Shown one piece after another: positions 55,121 through 64,000 of a stretch of 64,000 nucleotides of DNA. The stretch spans positions 17,422,001 through 17,486,000 of the forward strand of contig CM060732.1 of the NCBI GenBank assembly GCA_030704615.1, read 5' to 3'. Below the pieces are notes generated by a model. It was not told where the DNA came from, made no database searches, and saw nothing but the letters and a program-made list of their open reading frames with translations. A program made the position numbers and the translations under genes. This DNA comes from Takakia lepidozioides (taxonomy: Eukaryota > Plantae > Bryophyta). Numbering within the stretch: the stretch's first letter is position 1; every line of letters starts with the position of its first letter.

Positions 55121-57309
55121 CTCTCTCTTTCCTTGAATGTGGATACGTTCTTTGTAACAACACTCAAGAACTGAAGGAGAGGGATCAGGAACTGATGGAG
55201 CTGACTACACTATGGCTACAAGCAAGGTATCCATTCAGACTCCTTCAACAGTGTGATGGGCTGCTTAGTACGGCAACAAAGAGAGAGTTGACACTATGAG
55301 GAACTTACATGGACTTGACTAAGCTCTCCTCTGAGTCTAGGAATACTTGTGCAAAAGCAAAGGCGTCCATATTGGTCCCCACTTGAATACTTGGTCTTCC
55401 TTTTGGGAATAGGTGCTTGTTGTCATGCTTACTGATTAAGCTCTACTCTGATTCTATGAATACTTTTGCAAACCAAAGACCTCTATGTGTCCCCTTGCTC
55501 GAGTATTTGGCTCTATGAAACCTTCCTCTTGGGAATGGTTGCTTACTGACATGAGACCACGCCCCCTCCCTCTGGAGCATGTGCTGAAATAGGTGCTACT
55601 GAGTTCTGTACCTATGTTGACTGAAATGGCTGAAAGGGCCTCCCTTACCTCTCCTCTCTTTGCTAGTATGACCTGTTGCAGGGATGACATTGATAACAAA
55701 TGTGAAGGGGTTTAAGCCTGGGGGTCCACAGGGATCACTAACCTGTTGGCTGGTTGGTTGGCTGTGATGGATCCAGGTGATGCCACTTCACCTTCTTTTG
55801 TTGCAGGAAATGCTACTAAGGGCAAGAGACTTAGGGAGTGAGGCTTTGAGCTCTCTCAAACCTCAAATCTGTTTGTATGTGTTGATTATGTACTACTGCT
55901 GTTTTTGCTCTGTTTGATTTGATGGATCTACCCACATGGAAAGGAGTTGCGTTTAAGGAGACACTTGTGCTCTTCCTACTACTACTGTCGCTTCCTATAA
56001 TATGAAAGTGAGGAGGCAGATCTGTTCCTTAGAAGGGCCTACCTTGTGTGCATGTGATTGCCACTTTGCACATCTAAAAACTGGTTTTCCAGGAACGATA
56101 TGTAAAGGAAGGTATGGAGGCAGATCTGGGTGGAGACAGTTTGTGGTGCCTAGATTAGGCTGTATGATGTCGTTAAAAAGAGGCAAACACAGCACATTGT
56201 GCTTAGTGTTTCCTTGTCTAGCTTTGACATGCTATGTGATTCTCTCCCTCTTGTGCCAAGTGTCAATCCAGCAGCAGAGGTCATCCTAGAAACAACGCAG
56301 AGGTTGACTCCTTGGTGTGAATTTCAGGAGACGGACAGTCAATGTTTGGCCCTGAACAACAGCTCTCCATTAAACTTCACTTCTACAAAGAGACTTTCTC
56401 GTTATGAGGGCCAATTCTACATTCATGCCTTCCTACCTCTCGGCAAGGCAGTTTGCATCCCAAGGGCTGTGGGCAGCACCTTCAGACAAGGTTTCACACC
56501 CTCCAGATTGAGACAGGCGAATGGTGTACAATTTGTTCTGTCTTTACAGTAGAGACAAAGCAACATGTCCTCTCATGTCTGGATACTGTTGATGTCAGAC
56601 AGAAGCTTTCAGATTTCTGAGTGCCTTGGAGCCGACATCCATGAGGCAGTTCATCTTGGGGTATTGTTTTGTTTGATGTTTTTCCAAGTAGTTGTTTGTG
56701 TTTTACTTGGCGACTGTCTTGTTAACCCCTAAACTTCCTATAGATAGAGCTTTTTTTCCCCCAATTTTTCTCACCCCCCGGGTTATTAAACCAGCCACCC
56801 ACTTACCATGTTGCATCCCAAAAAGCGCACCTTACATTCCTGTTGCTACCTATAACATGCATCCAGTTCCAAAACCCTGAAAGTTTTGACCACAGAAATC
56901 AGTCAAAATAGCTCCTGTTTATCAAAGTGCTTCTCCAATTAGAATATTATAGTGTTTCGATTGGTAATTTCCAAATCAGCCATTATCAAGAAATTGGAGT
57001 GCATGGTTGATTTCTCTTGGCCATTCTTTTACAATGGCAGATTCAACCACTTTTTCCCACTACCTTCTTTGTATGAGTTTTTGTTGGGGTTTGTGAGCGG
57101 CACAAAAGAGAGGGAAGATACTCATGTCGTGTTAAGACATGGACAAGACCCACTAGGGTCATTGTCAATTAAAGACATAAACAGCCCATAAACAGGCCAC
57201 CATCTAACACTTCCATTCTTGTCATGACTTCCCAATTGATTTCACCCAATCATTCACGATAAAACAGGGTGGGAGGGTGGGGTTTGTTTATGTATAGGTC
57301 ATGACAACA

Positions 57310-58590
57310 AGACAAGCATATAAGCAAGCATCTTGTGTACTGAAAAATTAGTGCTGCAGCTTGTCAAACCTTTTCCTGGCATCATAATTACAACAAGACA
57401 TGCATTCTAGGGTATGTAAAGCCAGCTTGCAATATTACAGATTCAAGACATGCCTTTCAAGTAAACATCTTGGGTAAAATAATTTGCAGCAACCTACCTT
57501 ATCAGTCAACATTACCCCAAGACTTGCACATAACAAAGCATCTTGGGTATCTGAACTAGCCAACAATCTTTACAGATTCAAGACATGCATTCAAGCAAGC
57601 ATCTTGAGAATGACATCAGATTGTAGCAGCCAACCTTACCATTCATCATTGGATCAAGACATGCATAAAGCAAAACATCTTGGGATGAGAAAACATATTG
57701 TTGTAGCTTTGCCATACCAGTCATTATTTCATCAAGATATGCACCAAGCAAAAAATCTTGGGTATATGAACCAGCCTACCATTTTTCAGATTCAAGACAT
57801 GCATCCAAGCAAGCATCTTGGGCATGACAAAACAGGTTCAGGAGGTCATGACAAGGTCAAACAATACTGGCTGGAGTCCATAAATCTTACCACCACCAAT
57901 TTTCAGGATGCTAATGCAAGGGTTTGCAAAAGTACTTCCCTATGATCCATTACAAACCAAATCATGGCCAAGAAACAAGCATGCCAGTGCCTAAACAGGC
58001 TGCTGCCATAAAATCCAAGGTTAAATGGACCAGCCTGCAATTTTTCAGATTCGAGACATGCAACCAAGTAACCCACTTGGGCATGAAAAACAGATTGCAG
58101 CCTCATTCTATATAGCAGCCTCACCAGCCTGTCATTTTATCGATTCAAGACGTGCATTCAAGCAAGCATCTTGGGCATGACAAACCAGGTTGTTGCATCC
58201 TACCTTACCAGCCTTTATTTCACTAGGACATGCATCAAGCAAAATATCTTGGGTATATGAATAGGCCTGCAATTTTTCAGATTCAAAACATGCATCCAAG
58301 CAAGCACCTTGGGCATGACAAAATGGATTGCAGTAGCTTACCGTACCAGTCATAATTATACCAAGACATGCACCAAGCAAGGCATCTTGGGTATGTGAGA
58401 CCAGCCTGCCGTTTTACAAATTCAAGATATGCACTTCAAGCAAGCATCTTGGGTACCCGAGACCTGGCCCTCTTGGCCAATAAATTTATCAAGACATGCA
58501 CTGATAAGCAAACATCTTGGGTCCTTAAATTGCAGGTCACGGGCCTGATGTCATGACAAAGCTAAAATCACTGGCTGGAGTCCATTAAAG
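57310..58590. repeat. Diverged tandem repeat with ~60-75-bp units (TCAAGACATGCATCCAAGCAAGCATCTTGGG core)
   Basis: The core recurs more than a dozen times. Confidence 0.8.
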
Positions 58591-58597
58591 CGTCTCA

Positions 58598-61310
58598 GGT
58601 GTCATCTATGTCCAAGTGCAATTCCCTATATATCCAGAGACCCTACAATTTGGGAGATCAGATGGGGTTGGCCCATATGTGAAGACTTGAAATCTAAGCC
58701 CAAGTGCAATCTCCTATGTATCCAAGTGCTTCTCCTATGTAGAGGCCCAAGTGTGACCTCCAGTATCCACTGCCATCTAAGTCCAAGTGCAATCCCCTAT
58801 GTATCCAAAGACCTACAATTTGGGAGATCTCCATGTCATTGCCCACTTTGCTATTTTAGCAATCTCCCCTGTCGATGCTTCATATATTGATATATCCACT
58901 TTGCTATTTTTTGCAAATTTCCAACAACGAAAAGTACTTGAAACTCCAAATATCCCCCATGAAGGGCCAATCATTGCTCTATGCATGAAAGCCCACTTTG
59001 CAATCCCCGACATATCCAATTGTGTCTCCTATGTCGAGGCCCAAATGCGACCTCTAGGATAGCCTGTGCCATTGGCCCAAGTGTCCAATGTTATCCAAGT
59101 CCAAATGCATTTTTTTTCCACATAGTCTGCGACCAGATTTGAACCTGGGACCTTTCCCTTGATATCTCTCATGTTGAGGCTCCAACCATTGTCCCAGGAA
59201 TGCCCACTTTGCAATTTTCGTGAATTTTCAGCGACCCAAAGTACTTGAAATTCCACATCTCCCACACCGCAGGTCCTAAAATCGTGAGACCAAGCCCGTG
59301 CACCCCTCCTCGTCGAGGGCTTTCCAACGGAACCAAGCACCAGCGCTGGGGCCTCGCGGTTTGGGACATCTCAACGCTACAAAACAAAACAAAACAAACA
59401 AACAAACGTCTCGATTCATATATTGATAGGGTAGCCTCTGTCGTTGGCCCAAGTGCCCAGGGTCATGTAAGCCCAAGTGCAATCTCCTATGCATTCAAGT
59501 GTGTCTCCTATGTCTAGGCCCAAGTATGATCTCCAGGGTAGCTTGTGCCATTGGCCCAAGTGTCCAATGTCATCTAAGTCATCGAAGTCTAATCATTTTT
59601 TTCCACGGAAACTGCGACCTGATTTGAACCAGAGACCTTTTCCTTGATATCTCTCCCGTCGTGGGTCCGATAGTTGTGCCAAGAATGCTCACTTTGCTAT
59701 TTATCCCGATTTTCCAGCGACCCAAAGTACTTGAAATTCCACATCTCCCACACCGGCAGGTCCAACAATCATGAGACCAAGCCCGTGCACCCCGCCTCGT
59801 CGGGCTTTCCAACGGTACCAAGCACCCGTGCTGGGGCCCCGCAATTTGGGACATGAAACCTACGCGGACAGTCACAGAAGTATATATAGGGAGTAGTAAC
59901 CCCGAGAAGGGTGCAAGCCCGTTGGTGACCAAAAACTAGTGAGTGAGCGAGCGAGCCGGAAAGTGACCAAAGAGAGGGGAGCTATTCCAGACTGCCATCT
60001 GACAAGACAAAACAAAACAAAACAAAACAAACGTCTCGCTTCATATATTGATATTTTTTGTGAATTTCTAACGACCAAAAGTACTTAAAATTTCAAATCT
60101 CCCACGTGAAGGGCAATCACTGCTCCAAGAAAGCCCACTTTGATATTTTTCCCAAATTTCCAGCGACCCAAAATACTTGAAATTCCACATCTCCCACACC
60201 GCGGGTCCAAAAATCATGAGACCAAGCCGGTGCACCCCTCCTCATCGAGGGCTTTCCAGTGGCATCAAGCACCGGGGCTGGGCCAGCGGTTTGGGAGATC
60301 TCAACGACACTACAAAACAAACAAAACAAAACAAAACAAACGTTCGATTCATATATTGATATGGTAGCCTGTGCCATTGGCCCAAGTGTCCAATGTCATC
60401 TAAGTCCAAGTGCAATCCTTCCTGTATCCAAGTGCGTCTCCTATGTCGAGGCCCAAATGCGACGTAGCATGTGCCGTGGGCCCAAGTCTCAAGTGTCATC
60501 TAAGTCCAAGTATAAGATCTTCTATGTATCCCAGTGCGTCTCCTATGTTGAGGCCCAAGTGCAACCTCTAGGATAGCCTGTACCTTTGGCCCATGTGTCA
60601 AGAATTGAAAATCTAAGACCAAGTGCAATTTCCTATGTACCCAATGCGTCTCCTATGTTGAGGCCCAAATGCGACCTCTAGTGTAGCCTATGCCGCTGGC
60701 CCATGTGTGAAGAATTAAAATCTTAGTCCAAGTGCAATCTCCTATGTATCCAAGTGTGTCTCCTATGTCGAGGCCCAAATGCAACCTCTAGAGTAGCCTG
60801 TGCCGTTGGCCCAAGTGTCCAATGTCATCTAAGTCATCTAAATATAATCATTATTTTTCCACAGAGCCTACGACCAGATTTGAACCGGAGACCTTTTCCT
60901 TGATATCTTTCCTGCCGAGGCTCTAGCCATTGTCATGAATGCCCACTTTGCTATTTTTGCAATCTCCCCTGTCGAGGCTTCCTATATTGATATATCCACT
61001 TTGCTATTTTTTGAGAATTTCCAGCGACCAAAAGTACTCGAAATTCCAAATCTCCCACGTGAAGGGCCAATCATTGCTCCAGGAAAGCCCACTTTGCTAT
61101 TTTTTGAGAATTTCCAGCGACCAAAAGTACTTGAAATTCCACATCTCCCACACTGCATGTCCAAAAATTATGAGACCAAGCCCGTGCACCCCTCCTCGTC
61201 GAGGGCTTTCCAATGGTACCAAACATCGGCTGGGGCCTCACTGTTTGGGAGATCTCGACGCTACAAAACAAACCAAAACGAACGTCTCGCTTCATGTATT
61301 GATATCAAAT
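58598..61310 (+). repeat. Third cluster of the Helitron-like non-autonomous repeats
   Basis: Same modules as 19043-19640 and 23220-26106. Confidence 0.8.
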
Positions 61311-61447
61311 AATTTTTTTATTTCGAATGAATTCATCTCATCACACGTGGCAAGACTAAACTTCTAGTAAAAATTTACATCGTGAACAAAGGAGAAGATG
61401 AAAACTGTTCACACATAACCGTTTGAATTGTTGATCTTTTGGGTAAA

Positions 61448-63640
61448 TCAAGGATAAAGTTTAATGCGATCAGGAGACTCATGAGGCCATAGTGAGAGAC
61501 ACTGCCCTCCGTTGCCGGAGGGTGTGAAGTCCATATCCCATAAGTCACTGCTGGCTTGCAAACTGGTTGGCGTCGATGAATCTATCTGATCTGCTAGAAG
61601 GGGTCGAACTACTTCCATTTCCCAGAGAACTGCATCAGAGCTCAGAATTTGCAGCAGTGTACTAGTGCAGCTGGAAGGCTCCATACAATCCCCAAAACAA
61701 GAGGAATATGAGGGATCGTCATTTGCAGTGCTTTCTAGATGTTTAACATGAAGACTGTCGTTGATTGGACATGAGTGTTTTTTAATTTTATCTAAACTAG
61801 GTTTAATACTACATGGGCCGTGAACATTAAGTGACAGATTGTGGAATGCTGCTTGTTCAGTGCTCAAATCGCGACTAGCCTTACAGTCCGATGTTACTGT
61901 GAGAGCTTGACTAGGTTGTACAGCTAGTCGTCGCATGTTGTGCCCTTCAATTTGGTCCCGTGATTGTGACGAGCTGGTTACAAGTGTTGATTCTCTTGTC
62001 TTGTGAATGTCCAACTCTGAGGCTGATGGATTGTCATATGACTCGGATGTGATGCCGTGAGCAGAGGATGAAAGGACTTGGTGCTCTTCATGATCTGGGA
62101 TTGATTTTGAAGGGTTCGAACAGTTGATGTCGTATTTTGAGGCATTTTCTTTGTCATTCCACACGTTCTTCACATCAGAGACTGCCGTGACGCTACTTTT
62201 CTGCCGCAGTAGAAGGGTAGTTTTGTTACAAGGTTGCTTGACTTGAGAGGAGCCCGCATAAGCAACACTTTCGCACGCCCGTAGTGGTGTTGTAGGATTG
62301 GATGTGAAGCAGTCACTGGTGCTGGTCTCGCTCTCTTTTGTTAGGGGTCGATGTGTGGAGGGGTCGATGCCCATCCTCTGCAACTTTTTCTTGAGATGAG
62401 TGTTCCAATAATTTTTTATTTCGTTGTCTGTGCGCCCGGGCAATCGACCTGCTATGACTGACCACCTGGAGTTCCAAAAGAAAAGATCATATAAACAACC
62501 TCTTGCTGGAAAACCAACTCCTCTTCAGGAACGTTGCGATGTCACAAGGTATAATCTCACGATAAGACTGCCAAGAAGCTGCTGATCCCACGACCCAGGT
62601 GCTTAGACTAGATATCACCTTAAGTAAAGTCTCTCTGATCCCTCAGAATAGGAATGTACAGACATGTGAAAGGAACCTAGATTATTAAATGATCCATTAG
62701 TCATCTAGTAAAGAGACGCAATTTGCGAATCCGTCATGATGCTTGCATTTCGCATGAACTGATCTCAGTGGGTTGTCAGTATCTGAGCACTCAGCAACAT
62801 GGGCTGATTAATGTTGTTGTTGTGGGTCGGGTTATGTACAAACCTACACAACAATTTAGCAGCTGGTCACGGATCAGTAGGACTGAGCACTACCAAAGTC
62901 TCCATGCAGGGATACATAACCTCAGGTGTAACCGGGCATCAACTAATTGAGGAAGTATATCGTTAAATGATCTGCCGAACAGGTGCCGAGCACTGACCTA
63001 TTTCCTAGAGTGGAGTGCATATGAACGATAAGCTTATCCTCTTCTTCAGAAATGTTGCCACGCTTGAGATCTGGACGAAGGTAGTTGATCCACCGGAGCC
63101 TGCAGCTCTTACCACAGCGAAGTAGGCCTGGAATATGCACCATGTACATTGAGAAACTACCGAAATATATTGATGTCGCTCTTCAAAATATCCTTTCCTT
63201 TAGAGCATTGGAATTTCACATTTTGGTTTCAACGGCTCTAGTTCTCGTAGAGTGCAGTGGAACAAGTTGGCCCAACAGCAGCATCACTTATAAAAAGCTC
63301 ATGGCCGCCAGACTCTCTACTGGACCCTGCAACTAGATTTGAATATTCCTAAGATATATGATTTAATTTAGAAACTTGGCTCCTCCTTACTATAATTTTT
63401 CAAGCTCGCGAGCGCCGACACTTCTTGAATATATCATATATGCAGGTGCCTGCAGCTGACAGTCTATTATTTACTTAAAACTTATAGTTGAGCCTGGAAG
63501 TACGAACCTGCAGCCTTCGGCAACGTGCGCCAGCAGCCTTCCCCATGCGCGCTGATGTATGCCATCAGTCTACGATCCTCCTCCCGTGTCCAAGGTCCTC
63601 TGTTTAACCCCACTTTCGTGCAGCAGGGTTGTCGTCCCAT
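61448..63640 (-). CDS. R2R3-MYB transcription factor
   Basis: Exons approx. 63640-63508, 63127-62998, 62466-61448: [33 protein letters not shown]|[28 protein letters not shown]|[29 protein letters not shown]. Confidence 0.96.
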
Positions 63641-64000
63641 GCTAATTCAGGGCACTGCTCGCCCACTGTTCGCAGTTCTTGATGAAAAAGAGGCCAGGGC
63701 CTACATTAACTCAATAACACAGTTCTATAAGTGAAGTTAATAGTCAGCATCGAATTGGTAGTTCATGTCATGTTGATTCGGACCTTGTTATAAAGGTGGA
63801 GTGAATGGGAGGGGATCAAGAAAGAATCGCTTTCACGAACGGTTCAGCGGTTATAGGTTCAAAGAGTATATTGGTAAAAATTTGGGATTTGTTGCACAGT
63901 GGCCCTGACCTGAAGTCAATGACCCCATATAATACTTGGAAGAGGCCTACATGGCATGAGCACTCTTCGTAATTACTCCTTCTTTTGGAATGCTCGTTAA

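Overview
Eukaryotic, intron-containing land-plant DNA, probably an early-diverging plant (inference). Four host genes sit at the ends: the 3' part of an RKP/KPC1-type RING E3 ligase (1-6428), CSN8 (8514-10627), an amino-acid permease (11916-15238, -) and an R2R3-MYB (61448-63640, -). Between them is a ~42-kb nest of transposons. The notable content is a family of Mutator-like (MULE) elements whose transposase has a GCM-like zinc domain, a DDE/CxxH core and a SWIM finger. Element A (~26137-39306, left-truncated, inserted into a Ty3/gypsy RT) also carries a divergently transcribed, spliced gene fusing a ParB/Srx-type domain (VWDGNHRL) to a beta-class N6A/N4C-type DNA methyltransferase fold with an unusual DIPD motif IV. 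Two further diverged remnants of this gene lie at ~44552-47560 and ~22780-23115. Element B (48248-54471) has both TIRs and an 8-bp TSD but no MTase gene. Each subfamily carries its own 22-bp palindrome. In A and B these form arrays whose spacings are mostly 32/53/64/85/96 bp, i.e. multiples of ~10.6 bp, and single copies also sit in MTase-gene introns. All copies here carry nonsense or frameshift lesions. Domain calls come from motif recognition by eye, not database searches.
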